Below, in pieces: positions 27,522-37,612 of a stretch of DNA of 64,000 nucleotides. Every line of letters starts with the position of its first letter. The first letter of the stretch is position 1. The notes under the pieces are model-generated. The model was not told the DNA's origin and searched no databases. It worked only from the letters and a program-made list of their open reading frames with translations. The position numbers and the translations under genes were made by a program. The stretch covers positions 25,864 to 89,863 of the forward strand of contig JACOXY010000012.1 in NCBI GenBank assembly GCA_016182095.1, read 5' to 3'. The stretch comes from Candidatus Liptonbacteria bacterium. Lineage in GTDB: Bacteria > Patescibacteriota > Minisyncoccia > UBA6257 > JACOXY01.

Positions 27522-28775
27522 CTACATGGCACCTACAGTCGCGAGCGCCTTTTCTAACTGCGGATCTTTTCCCGCTTCTATATCTTTATCGGTTATTTTA
27601 ATCTCAATGTCCGGCGCAAGACCATTCCCCTCAATTACAACGCCGCTCGGCAACACCCAGCTTGCCACCGTGATTTTTATATTTGAGCCGTCGGTTAATT
27701 CTCTTAACGTCTGCACGGTGCCCTTGCCAAACGATTTCTCGCCAATAAGTTTTAACCCGAGTTGATCGCGCAGGGCGCCCGCCAAAATCTCCGAAGCCGA
27801 AGCCGAACCGCCATTTATTAAGACCACGGTGGGCCATTTTTTAATAACGGCGTTCCCTGGAGATTTAAAATCTTCGCCATTCTCGCCATCCCTAAACTTC
27901 TCACTAACCACAAGCGTTCCTTTATCTAACCACCAGCCGGCGATATTAACGGCCACCTCCAAGTAGCCGCCGGGGTTATTTCTCAAGTCAAGGATGATGC
28001 CGCTCGCCCCCTTTTCTTCCGCCTCAACCAGAGCTCCGTAGAATAACTCTGGCGCTTTTTCATTAAAATTATAGAGAGAGATGTGAGCAATACCGCCACT
28101 TTCTTGAGACGCACCCGTAAGACCAAGCATCTCTAATTCAATAGTTGGAATCACTATGTCGCCCCTCACAATTTTAAACTCCTTCGCCTCTCGTAAGCCT
28201 TCGCGAGCTATTAAAAGCTTAACCTCCGTACCCTTCGGCCCCCTTATTAAATTAACAGCTTCATCAACATCCAAGACGTCGGTAAAAGTATCGCCAATTT
28301 TCATAATGTAATCGTTTGGCTGAAGACCGGCCTTCTCCGCAGGAGTATTTTTAAGCGGAGCTATGACCACCAGCTCGCCATTTCTTTTGCCTATTTCCAT
28401 GCCGACACCGCCAAAACTGCCACTGATGTCTTCGCTAAATTTTTTGGCTTCCTGCGGCGGCAAATAAACAGAATGCGGATCCTTTAATGAGTTTACAAGC
28501 CCGCGTATCGCGCCATATAGAAGATCTTGGTCGGTAAGTTTCTCGCCGTGAAGGGCGTCTTTCTTCACAATCTGCCACGCCTGCCAAAAAGTGTTAAAGT
28601 CGCCCGATGTGGAAGTCGCGTTAACATTTTTAAGGTCAAGGACAACTTCCCTTGGCTCCCTTGCTCCATATCTGAATCCGTAATAAAATCCCCCGCCCGC
28701 TACCGCGGTTATTATAACCATACCCAAAATTACACCACCAATTACTCGCCAATTGATATTTAAACTTAACTTCAT
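27522..28775 (-). CDS. ctpA: carboxyl-terminal processing protease (S41, PDZ)
   Basis: PDZ segment (GLQPNDYIMKIGD); S41 motifs ILDLRNNPGGYL and GGSASASEIL. Confidence 0.8.
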   Translation of the reverse strand: MKLSLNINWRVIGGVILGMVIITAVAGGGFYYGFRYGAREPREVVLDLKNVNATSTSGDFNTFWQAWQIVKKDALHGEKLTDQDLLYGAIRGLVNSLKDPHSVYLPPQEAKKFSEDISGSFGGVGMEIGKRNGELVVIAPLKNTPAEKAGLQPNDYIMKIGDTFTDVLDVDEAVNLIRGPKGTEVKLLIAREGLREAKEFKIVRGDIVIPTIELEMLGLTGASQESGGIAHISLYNFNEKAPELFYGALVEAEEKGASGIILDLRNNPGGYLEVAVNIAGWWLDKGTLVVSEKFRDGENGEDFKSPGNAVIKKWPTVVLINGGSASASEILAGALRDQLGLKLIGEKSFGKGTVQTLRELTDGSNIKITVASWVLPSGVVIEGNGLAPDIEIKITDKDIEAGKDPQLEKALATVGAM

Positions 28776-28857
28776 ATCAAATATTAAATATTAAAAATAA
28801 AATACACATATCAAAAATTAAAATAGAAAATGGTCGCGGAGCGACACCATATTTTTT

Positions 28858-28905
28858 ATTTTTGCCTATAGCCTGTCGGCTCGGCCGTTTAAGGATATTT
28901 GATTT
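28858..28905. repeat. 48-bp intergenic repeat family, copy 1
   Basis: tttttatttttgcctatagcctgtcggctcggccgtttaaggatattt; reverse complement of 49003-49050 with 3 mismatches. Confidence 0.7.
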
Positions 28906-28951
28906 TTTATTTAATTCTAACAAAATTTACCGCAAAAATACAGATACAATT

Positions 28952-30331
28952 TTATTGTGTCGTCTCTAAAGCGCCACGTGTATAGATGTTGGAGGGCGCC
29001 CAGATCATCCAGCCATCATAGAGAAGAGTATTTTTTACCATTTCATCGACAGCTTTGATCTGGGCTTTGACTTCTTCAATATCATAGTTAGCTCCTAAAT
29101 CAAAGTCCTGCAGCCAAGGCCTTAATTTTGTATTGGCATATGAAACCTTTGTCTCGCACTGAAGCGTTGTGGAAACTGTGGCGCTACTTGTGATTTCCGC
29201 GCAAACTTTTTCCTTGGTGGTAAGTTTATCCACTGCCTTTTCCATTGAATATCTGACAACTTCATAGGGATGCGCCCCTGGATTTTCATATCCAATAAAC
29301 CCTTTGGCATAATGGGACGGATACACCATAGGCGCGATGGCGTCAAAATAGGGAGCTGCGCTTTCTAAATTTTGCCCAATGCCAAGATCGTCGTTATTCA
29401 CTGTTACAAGGCCGAATAAATCGGCAGAAATTTTTATGCCCGCGGTGCGCTCTCTTAAATATGCAAAAAATCTCGTAATCTGCGTCTGTTTAAGAACAGT
29501 TTGGCTATCGTAGTAGTTAAACTTCATGGCATTTATTATTCCATCGGAAGGAAATCTGATGTAATCAAAATTCACTTCATCAAAACCACGCTCCGCGGCG
29601 TCTTTGGCAATCTCAATATTATAATCCCACGCCTCCTTGGCCCCGGGATCAATCCAGCTTAGGCCCTTATTATCAAGCCATAAAACCCGTTTGGTAGTTG
29701 TGGCCGTTATAACCGATGTAGACGTTCCGTTTGTTTCTACAACAGCCGGAGCGGTCATGACATCTCTTTGGATCGCGAGATCCGGACGCGCTGTTGCAAG
29801 CACCGGGTCTTGGAAAACTGTTTGTCTTGCTATAACATAAATTCCCTCATCATGAAGGCGCTTGATGACGGAATTTATGGCCGGGATTCTAACTTCCTTC
29901 GCGCCATATTTTATTACATCCGGATTTTGAATATCGTAAAGAACAGCCCCTGAAAAATCCTTGATATCTATTACTATGGCGTTTAGTTCGGTTTCCTTTA
30001 TGAGCTTGATAAAATACTCCAGTTTTTTTGAAGAGCCGGCCGACCAACTGGTAGAGTAAATCGCTTTGATAACTTCCGGCGGATTTGGCAATGGCTTTTG
30101 CCGCTCAATGTCTTTATAGGCCGAGGTTCGTCCGGTTGCGCCTGCATTAGTTGTTCCAGCCGCAACAAAATCAGCCGTAGAACTCGCAAGCTGATTTTGT
30201 GTACTGAAAGCGTTTCCGGCGACAATTCCCATGGGACTCGCACGCAAATCAATCTCCTCGCCGGGAGTCAAATATAAGAACGAAACAATCCCAAAAATAG
30301 TGAGGACAGCGGCCAAGATTACCAATTTCAT
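28952..30331 (-). CDS. putative TIM-barrel glycoside-hydrolase-like protein (DUF4015/GHL-like), secreted
   Basis: N-terminal TM/signal; ELNAIVIDIKD and WLDNKGLSWIDP motifs recall the uncharacterised GH-like TIM-barrel family. Confidence 0.45.
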   Translation of the reverse strand: MKLVILAAVLTIFGIVSFLYLTPGEEIDLRASPMGIVAGNAFSTQNQLASSTADFVAAGTTNAGATGRTSAYKDIERQKPLPNPPEVIKAIYSTSWSAGSSKKLEYFIKLIKETELNAIVIDIKDFSGAVLYDIQNPDVIKYGAKEVRIPAINSVIKRLHDEGIYVIARQTVFQDPVLATARPDLAIQRDVMTAPAVVETNGTSTSVITATTTKRVLWLDNKGLSWIDPGAKEAWDYNIEIAKDAAERGFDEVNFDYIRFPSDGIINAMKFNYYDSQTVLKQTQITRFFAYLRERTAGIKISADLFGLVTVNNDDLGIGQNLESAAPYFDAIAPMVYPSHYAKGFIGYENPGAHPYEVVRYSMEKAVDKLTTKEKVCAEITSSATVSTTLQCETKVSYANTKLRPWLQDFDLGANYDIEEVKAQIKAVDEMVKNTLLYDGWMIWAPSNIYTRGALETTQ

Positions 30332-30489
30332 TATTATAATTATTACCCACTAATTGATTAAAGGAAAGAGATTGGTTAACATTAGTTTATAAGTTACGCT
30401 ATCACTTTAGTTTATAGGTTGATAAGTTTCTAACTTACAAACTTAAAGCTTTTTGCGTGGCAAAAGCGTAACTTACAAACTTAGAAACT

Positions 30490-31602
30490 ATGACCTTAGC
30501 TCTCTACCGCAAATATCGCCCTAAAATTTTAGCCGACCTCCTTGGCCAGGAGATGACCGTCCAAATTCTGCGGAACGCGGCGCGAGAAAACAGTCTGGCG
30601 CATGCTTATCTTTTTTACGGTCCACGCGGCACGGGTAAAACAACCGCCGCCCGTCTGGTTTCTAAGATAGTAAATTGCGAAACCAGAATCTTAAATAAAG
30701 AATTCCAAAAGGGCGGTGAACCGTGCAACCAGTGCCGAGTCTGCTCGGAAATAGACAGTGGCAACGGCCTGGATGTGATAGAAATTGATGCCGCCTCAAA
30801 CCGCGGCATAGACGAGATTAGAAACCTGAAGGAAGTCGCGCGCACCGCTCCCATCTCTTATCCGCGCAAAGTTTTTATAGTGGACGAGGCGCATATGCTA
30901 ACCGGTCCCGCCTTTAATGCGCTCTTAAAAACCTTGGAAGAGCCGCCGCCGCATGTAATGTTTATTTTGGCAACAACGGAATATGAAAAACTGCCGGCCA
31001 CCATTACTTCGCGCGCGCAGCGCTTTGCCTTCAAAAAACTTGATAAAGAGACGATCATGAAGAAGATCGCGGCAATCTGCAAAGCCGAGGGATTAAAATA
31101 TGAGGCGGATGCGCTGGAGTTAATCGCCGTTGCCGCCGATGGCGGCCTGCGCGATGCCGAGTCTTTATTGGATCAAGTACACTCATCCGCCCCGACAATC
31201 ACCATAAAAACGGTTGAGGAGGTCATTGGCAGAATCGGTTTCAAAAAATTGCATGAATTCGCTGAACTTCTGGTAACCAAAAATCTGCCGCTGGCAATAA
31301 AATATTTAGGTGAGCTAAACGAATCCGGAATTAATATCGTGCAGTTTGCAAAAGATCTGATTCACTATCTGCGGCGCATACTTTCCCTTAAAATGAATCC
31401 CGAACTGGAAGAGATGTTTAATAAAGAGCTGACCCGAGAAGATATCACGGACCTTAGAGAATTGGGGGCAATGGCGGAAGCGGAATTTTTTATAAAGCTT
31501 ATTAAAGCGCTAATTAGTGCCTATTCCGATATGCGCTATTCACCATTTGCGATTGTGCCATTGGAGGTTACCATTATAGAATGTCTGCAATCGCGATCAT
31601 AA
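30490..31602 (+). CDS. dnaX: DNA polymerase III subunit gamma/tau (short form)
   Basis: YRPKILADLLGQE, GPRGTGKTT, Zn module CNQCRVC, VFIVDEAHML; only 370 aa, so no tau C-terminal domains. Confidence 0.85.
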   Translation: MTLALYRKYRPKILADLLGQEMTVQILRNAARENSLAHAYLFYGPRGTGKTTAARLVSKIVNCETRILNKEFQKGGEPCNQCRVCSEIDSGNGLDVIEIDAASNRGIDEIRNLKEVARTAPISYPRKVFIVDEAHMLTGPAFNALLKTLEEPPPHVMFILATTEYEKLPATITSRAQRFAFKKLDKETIMKKIAAICKAEGLKYEADALELIAVAADGGLRDAESLLDQVHSSAPTITIKTVEEVIGRIGFKKLHEFAELLVTKNLPLAIKYLGELNESGINIVQFAKDLIHYLRRILSLKMNPELEEMFNKELTREDITDLRELGAMAEAEFFIKLIKALISAYSDMRYSPFAIVPLEVTIIECLQSRS

Positions 31603-31610
31603 AATAAAGT

Positions 31611-31874
31611 ATGTCCACACTTTCAATAATTTTTGGTTGGGTCGGCGTAGTGGCTATTTTGGGCGCTTATTACCTTGTTTCAACCGATAAAATTTCCAGC
31701 CAGTCCACCAGGTACCAAGCTATTAATTTTTTTGGCGCCATAGGAATAGCATGGAATAGCTTTAATCAGGGGGCGTGGCCCTCTGTGGCTGTTAACATTA
31801 TTTGGTCAGTTATAGCTATTGTAGCTTTGTATACAATAATAAAAGGCAACAAATCATCTCCTTCGCAAAAATAA
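31611..31874 (+). CDS. small membrane protein
   Basis: Two predicted TM helices. Confidence 0.4.
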   Translation: MSTLSIIFGWVGVVAILGAYYLVSTDKISSQSTRYQAINFFGAIGIAWNSFNQGAWPSVAVNIIWSVIAIVALYTIIKGNKSSPSQK

Positions 31875-31878
31875 ATTT

Positions 31879-32595
31879 ATGAGCATAAATAATCGCACTT
31901 CTACTACCCGGCAGGCGGTGATACTCGCGGCTGGCAAGGGCACAAGAATGCTTCCCTTTACGCAAAGTGTTCCTAAGCCGCTTATGGAACTGAAGGGCAG
32001 GCCGCTTCTGGAATACACCATGCTCGCGTTGCCGAGAGAAGTAAGCGAAATAATTTTGGTTGTGGGATACATGGGAGACCAGATTAAGAATCGCTTCGGC
32101 CGTCGTTTTCAAAATTACAATATTTTTTACGCCGAACAGAAAGAGCCGAAGGGAACTTTTAACGCTCTCGTGGCCGCATCATCAATGCTTCGCGACAACT
32201 TCTTGCTTTTGATGGCCGACGATATCTATTATCGTGACGATATAGAGAATATGGCAAGATACGAAAACGCGATTCTCGTCAAAAAATTAACCGGCAACTC
32301 CGAAAAGTTCGGGCACTGTATAGAAAAAAGCGGCCTTTTACGCGATTTGCTTGAGAAACCAAAAGGCATCCCCAATCCACTGGCCTGTTGCGGCGCCTAT
32401 AAGTTATCAAGAGAAATTTTAAATGAACCGATAATTTACGGCCCAAACGGCGAAGAAGTGCTCTCTCCAATGATTGGTACTTTCGCTAAAAAAATGCCCA
32501 TACATGTAGTAGAGGCAAAATTCTGGCATCCAATCGCGACCCCCGAAGACCTAAAAACCGCAGAACAACATTCTAACATTCGCAATAATGTTTGA
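31879..32595 (+). CDS. sugar-phosphate nucleotidyltransferase
   Basis: AVILAAGKGTRMLP NTP-transferase motif. Confidence 0.7.
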   Translation: MSINNRTSTTRQAVILAAGKGTRMLPFTQSVPKPLMELKGRPLLEYTMLALPREVSEIILVVGYMGDQIKNRFGRRFQNYNIFYAEQKEPKGTFNALVAASSMLRDNFLLLMADDIYYRDDIENMARYENAILVKKLTGNSEKFGHCIEKSGLLRDLLEKPKGIPNPLACCGAYKLSREILNEPIIYGPNGEEVLSPMIGTFAKKMPIHVVEAKFWHPIATPEDLKTAEQHSNIRNNV

Positions 32596-32710
32596 ATGTT
32601 GTAGTTAAGAATTCTAACTTTGGGCTTGTGCTCACACCGACTCATTCCGTCCAAATGAGACGGTTAAACTTGGAATTTGGCTTTTTTGTGGTTATAATGA
32701 GGTGAATTAT

Positions 32711-32781
32711 TCCGGGATCGTCTAGCGGCAGGACGTCAGGTTTTGGACCTGAAGACCGGGGTTCGAATCCCTGTCCCGGAA
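32711..32781 (+). tRNA. tRNA-Gln (anticodon UUG)
   Basis: Cloverleaf folds by hand. Acceptor TCCGGGA/TCCCGGA; anticodon stem TCAGG/CCTGA with loop TTTTGGA, hence UUG; T arm CGGGG-TTCGAAT-CCCTG. Confidence 0.7.
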
Positions 32782-32835
32782 CTGGTCTAAAATAACTACT
32801 GTGTTTAAAGAAAAATTGTCGCAATAAAAAATGAT

Positions 32836-33288
32836 ATGAGAATAATAGTTATTGCGGTGATTTTTATGATTACTCCGGCTTCTTTAACATTCGCGCAAAC
32901 GGATGATGGTATTGCTACGCCCACATTATCCGGCACGGCAAGAAATGACGCCTCATCTTTTGCGACGAGTTCCGATAACACCATAGAAAATGGCGGCACG
33001 GCTACAACTCCACGCGCGACAACATCTGAAGCGCCCATCAAGCCAATTGAAACAATTGAAAAACCAACCTCTTCGTCGCCGCCTACGCCCCCGGTTATTG
33101 TAAATCAGACGCCCACAGAAATCATTAGCCTGGCACAAAATACTAATCCAGTTGAAAGCGAAAGTATAAATCCCTTGCTTTGGGCGATGCTCGCGTCCCT
33201 CACCATACTCCCCTTCGGATATCTGGTAACACAATCATTAAAAAATAAAAAACTAAAAAAGACAAAAAAGGTGAGCGGGGGTGCTTGA
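32836..33288 (+). CDS. secreted Thr/Pro-rich protein with a C-terminal TM anchor and basic tail
   Basis: Signal peptide; low-complexity T/P/S-rich region; C-terminal LTILPFGYLV hydrophobic stretch followed by KNKKLKKTKK. Confidence 0.5.
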   Translation: MRIIVIAVIFMITPASLTFAQTDDGIATPTLSGTARNDASSFATSSDNTIENGGTATTPRATTSEAPIKPIETIEKPTSSSPPTPPVIVNQTPTEIISLAQNTNPVESESINPLLWAMLASLTILPFGYLVTQSLKNKKLKKTKKVSGGA

Positions 33289-34070
33289 ATATCAAAAAAT
33301 TAATGGATGAAAAACTAAATGAATTAACTGACTTAAAAGGAAAACTTCAAGAAATGGTGAAGGGAATGGTCAGAGAAAAAATAAGAGAATCGGCGCGAGA
33401 AACATCCGCAGGAAAAATTCTTGCCTTGATTGAAACCGCGGAAAAAGAATATGGGCGGCTAAAAAAACTCTTTGAAAAGTGCGTGCTGGAGCCAAAGACA
33501 AGCAAACAAGTAATAATAGTTCATGGATGCACCGGAGCCGACGAAAAATCAATGAACCCGCGAACAAGAACCTACAACAGGCATTGGATGCCATGGCTCA
33601 AGAAGGAACTCACGACAAAAGGCATAGATGCGGAAACTCCCCTAATGCCAAATCCCTGGGCGCCGGTTTATGAAAAATATAAAGAAGAACTTGAGAAGTA
33701 TGCGGTTGGAGAAAACACTATTTTAGTCGGGCATAGTTGCGGCTGCGCCTTTTTAGTTCGCTGGCTCGGAGAATCAAAAACAAAAATTAATAAGCTTATA
33801 TTGGTAGCTCCCTGGAAAATTCCGTACGGAAGCAATCCTGTTATAAGCAGATTTTATGAATACCCGATAGATGAGAAAATCAAGTTTAGAGTAAAGGAAG
33901 TAGTGATGTTTACGTCAGACGACGAGGAAGAAGACGGCAAAAAAAGTTTAAAAATTTTTCACGATGCGCTTGGGGGCAAGATTTTAGACCTCAAAGGACA
34001 TGGACATTATACATTTGGCGATATGGGGACCGAAGAATTTCCGGAATTACTGGAAGTGATAATGAGATAA
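33285..34070 (+). CDS. alpha/beta hydrolase (RBBP9/YdeN-like serine hydrolase)
   Basis: GHSCG nucleophile elbow; C-terminal GHGHY. Confidence 0.55.
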   Translation: MNIKKLMDEKLNELTDLKGKLQEMVKGMVREKIRESARETSAGKILALIETAEKEYGRLKKLFEKCVLEPKTSKQVIIVHGCTGADEKSMNPRTRTYNRHWMPWLKKELTTKGIDAETPLMPNPWAPVYEKYKEELEKYAVGENTILVGHSCGCAFLVRWLGESKTKINKLILVAPWKIPYGSNPVISRFYEYPIDEKIKFRVKEVVMFTSDDEEEDGKKSLKIFHDALGGKILDLKGHGHYTFGDMGTEEFPELLEVIMR

Positions 34071-34140
34071 GACAACCGCCAAAAATTGTGTGGCTCCTAA
34101 TTACTTATCTCCGCGACCGAAAATCTAAAAAGGTGTAATT

Positions 34141-34881
34141 TTAAGGCAAAAAGTATTTCCTTCCCTCGGCAAGAGTTCGGGGATATAATTTTTTTCGCTT
34201 GTTTGTGAGCGCCGTATTGAATCCTTCGTTTTCAAACGTGATGACCTCATCCATCAACTCTTTCCAAATCTCTTCCCCTTGCTTGCCCATGTCGGAGAGC
34301 GCGTCCAACACGATTTTCCGATATACATATATTTCTTTCCCCAACGAAAGTAAAAATAGCGGCGTGAGCATTTCCACATATCCGGTTTCTGCCCACATTT
34401 GTACATCTTCTTTCCTTAAAAAGCGCATAGCGATATTGCAGAGTTGGTCCGGCTTAAGGCCTTGCTCCACAATAAGCGGCACTCTAATGAGCGAACGGTA
34501 ATAAATAGTTGCCAGTTTTTTTAAAGTTTCTCCAAAATTAGGATCATTTATGGCCGGTACCGGGGTGTCCGAATAATCAAAAATTTCGTAGACTCGTCCG
34601 TTATTTATAATCTTATCAATATCAATAACAAGATACGCGTCAATATCAGATTCTCTTGCCGCGTAGCCTTTGGTAAGCGAACCAAAAATATTCAGTGAGA
34701 TTATTTCGGGGTGTTTCTCCTGCGCGCGATAAAAAATTTCCTGCAAGGCGCGCAAACGCTCTTTTATTTCGGGATTGGAGGAGAGCAAAAACCGCTTAAT
34801 TTCAAGCGAACCCCCTTGCTCCGCGGTGATCTTTCTTTCTTCTTTTGATTTGCCGATATAATTCTCGTAATTAGATTTCAT
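34141..34881 (-). CDS. Pol-beta-superfamily nucleotidyltransferase (KNTase/ANT-like size)
   Basis: IFGSLTKGYAARESDIDAYLVID (GS...DxD) motif plus a C-terminal helical domain. Confidence 0.55.
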   Translation of the reverse strand: MKSNYENYIGKSKEERKITAEQGGSLEIKRFLLSSNPEIKERLRALQEIFYRAQEKHPEIISLNIFGSLTKGYAARESDIDAYLVIDIDKIINNGRVYEIFDYSDTPVPAINDPNFGETLKKLATIYYRSLIRVPLIVEQGLKPDQLCNIAMRFLRKEDVQMWAETGYVEMLTPLFLLSLGKEIYVYRKIVLDALSDMGKQGEEIWKELMDEVITFENEGFNTALTNKRKKLYPRTLAEGRKYFLP

Positions 34882-34990
34882 TATTTTATCATTCTATATC
34901 ACTCTATAATTTTGATCAAAGCCAAATATGATCGCCAAGGTGCCCAGCTTAAAAGGTAATTTGTTATACTTAAATAAAATGTTGATGGGT

Positions 34991-36628
34991 ATGAAAAAGG
35001 CTTCTAGAAAAAATCGGGGTTTTACTCTTTTAGAATTGCTGCTTGCGTTTGCTGTTATAAGCGCATTATTTGTTATTATTGCGATTAGTTTGACATTTGC
35101 TAATGCAAAAGCAAGAAACGCGCGCCGGCTAAGCGACGCCAATCAAATTACAAGCGCCATTCAACTTTATCGCCATGAACATTCCGGGGATCCTCCCGGA
35201 GAAGATGGCGTAGAATATACAAACGGCGATCCAAATTGGATCCCCAATCTCGTCCCACAGTATATGAGAGTCGTGCCTTCCGACCCCATAGATAAAGATC
35301 AATATAAATATCACTATATTCGCAACGGCGTCAATTATGAAGTCTCGGCATTCATGGAGGCGCGCGGCAATGATGCTTCTTGCGGTGATGGCGGTCCTGG
35401 CGGTTGCGATTATTATGAAAATACTTCCGGAGAATTTTTAACTATTTATAATCCCGGCGCTTCGGGCTGGAATTTTACCTCCGGTTCAACAACCCCGCCG
35501 TTAGCAAGTAATACCTGCGCTACATTCACAGAATCGCAAAAATATTACTTTGATTTATGCGCAACAGAGGGTTATGACAATGTTTGCCTCGATAAAGCCA
35601 CAGGCGAGCATCAGGGGTGCACAAGAAATACCTACAACGACTGTACGCTATATAACACTAATAAAGACAATAACTTGCTTTGTGCAGTTTCCGGTATTTC
35701 AACTACCACTTCGGCCTTGAGCGTTCTTGCTCCATCAAACAACATAATCTGGGTTCGGGGCATGAAAGGACAAGTATTCTGGAACGAGAATACCACGCAT
35801 CCCGTCACGATCAATCTGTTAAAAGCTGGCTCGTTTTACCGCACGCTCGCCTCCAATGCGCCGGCAGTTAAATTTTCCGGATACAACTTCCAAAATCTTT
35901 ATCCAGATGCGTATTATGCGGCAGTTTCTCTCCCTGTTGATGTTTCTTTGGGCGGTGATTATCAGATAGAAGTTCTTGATTCATCCGATTCATCCATAAA
36001 AGGCATCAGTAACGGAATGTTTGCTGTTGTTCCGTTCTATGATCCGGTGACCGTACAGGGCAAATTTATTGACGCTTTTACTTTACAGCCGATAGCAGAC
36101 ACTCAAATTGTTAGCGGTTCATCGTCAGTTTATACAAATTCAGATGGCGCATTTTCTCTGTCCGCTACAACTAATGATATTTCAGAGAATGCATCGAAGT
36201 CATTGTTCTCAAGTTGGCCAGCATGCCATATTTCTCAAGGGGCGGGGTTCTTCAATTATTACACTGCGATTTACGCCTCGTTTAATCCATTTGATTTAAT
36301 GCGCAACGGAACCAATGTGCCAATCTACAGCTCAAGTATAGATTTGGGGGACATTAGGTTATGGCCAGCCGCCAATCTCATCATACATTCTGATATTCCC
36401 GTGCAATATAAGATAGGATTCCCTGATGAGCAGACATCGTTTGGCAACACAAGCTTCAATACTACGCAGAGCGGATCTAATGTATTGCCCTTAGATTATG
36501 ATATCCAAGTAAAACTTACGGATCAGTTAGGAAATGTTTATGCCGCACCAACAATCAGATTGCCGGATAATTGGGGCTGTAATTCAAAAACCTTGAATTT
36601 TTCCGTAGGAAATTTTGTGTGGCGGTAA
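34991..36628 (+). CDS. type IV pilin-like protein with a large C-terminal domain
   Basis: Prepilin N-terminal cleavage/methylation motif GFTLLELLLAFAVISALFVI after a short basic leader; start trimmed to MKKASRK. Confidence 0.7.
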   Translation: MKKASRKNRGFTLLELLLAFAVISALFVIIAISLTFANAKARNARRLSDANQITSAIQLYRHEHSGDPPGEDGVEYTNGDPNWIPNLVPQYMRVVPSDPIDKDQYKYHYIRNGVNYEVSAFMEARGNDASCGDGGPGGCDYYENTSGEFLTIYNPGASGWNFTSGSTTPPLASNTCATFTESQKYYFDLCATEGYDNVCLDKATGEHQGCTRNTYNDCTLYNTNKDNNLLCAVSGISTTTSALSVLAPSNNIIWVRGMKGQVFWNENTTHPVTINLLKAGSFYRTLASNAPAVKFSGYNFQNLYPDAYYAAVSLPVDVSLGGDYQIEVLDSSDSSIKGISNGMFAVVPFYDPVTVQGKFIDAFTLQPIADTQIVSGSSSVYTNSDGAFSLSATTNDISENASKSLFSSWPACHISQGAGFFNYYTAIYASFNPFDLMRNGTNVPIYSSSIDLGDIRLWPAANLIIHSDIPVQYKIGFPDEQTSFGNTSFNTTQSGSNVLPLDYDIQVKLTDQLGNVYAAPTIRLPDNWGCNSKTLNFSVGNFVWR

Positions 36629-36640
36629 TTTGTACACAAT

Positions 36641-37508
36641 ATGCCAAAATTTAAATATATTGTAATTGTTTTAGCCATTTTGCTCGCAACTGCTTTGATC
36701 GCGGTTGTTTTGCCAAAACTATCTTTGCGCAATCAATATGGGTCAATGAATCAAGCCGATGAAGCCGTGAGAAATTTAAAAGTAATGCTTAACCGGGGCG
36801 TCACGCAAGTTCAGTATTTGATTAACGAAACCAATTTTTTATTGGCCAATCTTGCTCGTTCAAAAATTATAGCTGGCAAAGACGCTAAGGCCTGCGGTAG
36901 TCTTTTGGCGTCATATCTAAAGCGAGACGAAAAAAAATTCACAAATTTTGTGGTTGCGGATTTATGGGGTGACATTTGGTGTTCCAGTTCTCCCATAAAT
37001 CCGCTTGAAGACCGAATCAATGTCGCGGACAGGGCATATTTTCAAAGAGTAATGAGAGAAGGGGGGGGGGGGGCGATTTTCTGCCGGCGATTCTCAAGTT
37101 GGAAGAATTAGCGGCAAAGTTATTATTGTCTTCGCCCATCCCCTCATGAATCCAGAAAATAATAAAATAGATGGTTTGGTTGCCGTAGGCCTTGATTTAA
37201 GCTGGCTTGGAAAGTGGGTTCAGAATCTTAACATGTCAAGAGATTACACGTTTACTTTGTTGGATTCGGAGGGTTTTGTTTTGGCTCGCTATCCAAACGA
37301 CGGATTCGCTGCTGAAAAAATAAACGAGTCTGAAATTTATGAAAACATCATGATGGCAAAAAGCGCGAATAAAAACGAGGCGATTTTTGAAGCCAGTGGG
37401 CTTAATGGCCAAAAGCGCCTATTTGCATTCGCCGACATTCCCAATCCCCAAGCCCCACGAACACTTTTAGATTTATATTTAGTGGTTGGCCAAGCAATAG
37501 AGGAGTAA
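36641..37508 (+). pseudogene. Cache-like extracytoplasmic sensor domain protein, split by a frameshift at a G13 homopolymer
   Basis: ORFs 36641..37111 and 37146..37508 are contiguous Cache-like sequence (ADRAYFQRVMREGG | RFSAGDSQVGRISGKVIIVFAHPLMNPENNKIDGLVAVGLDLSWL). G12 instead of G13 at 37061-37073 would fuse them. Confidence 0.55.
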
Positions 37509-37612
37509 GAAAAGTATCTAGCCTAACCAAGACCTTAATCGCTGATATCTCGCGCATATTGACAGATTGGAACACCAACTAGAAGAGAACTGCCGATAAG
37601 CGCAAGCCCCTA

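Noticed and set aside
30490-31602. Programmed frameshift in dnaX (gamma/tau)
   Set aside because: No A-rich slippery heptamer plus downstream hairpin could be seen, and the ORF simply ends at 370 aa. It is interpreted as a naturally short dnaX, as is common in reduced genomes.
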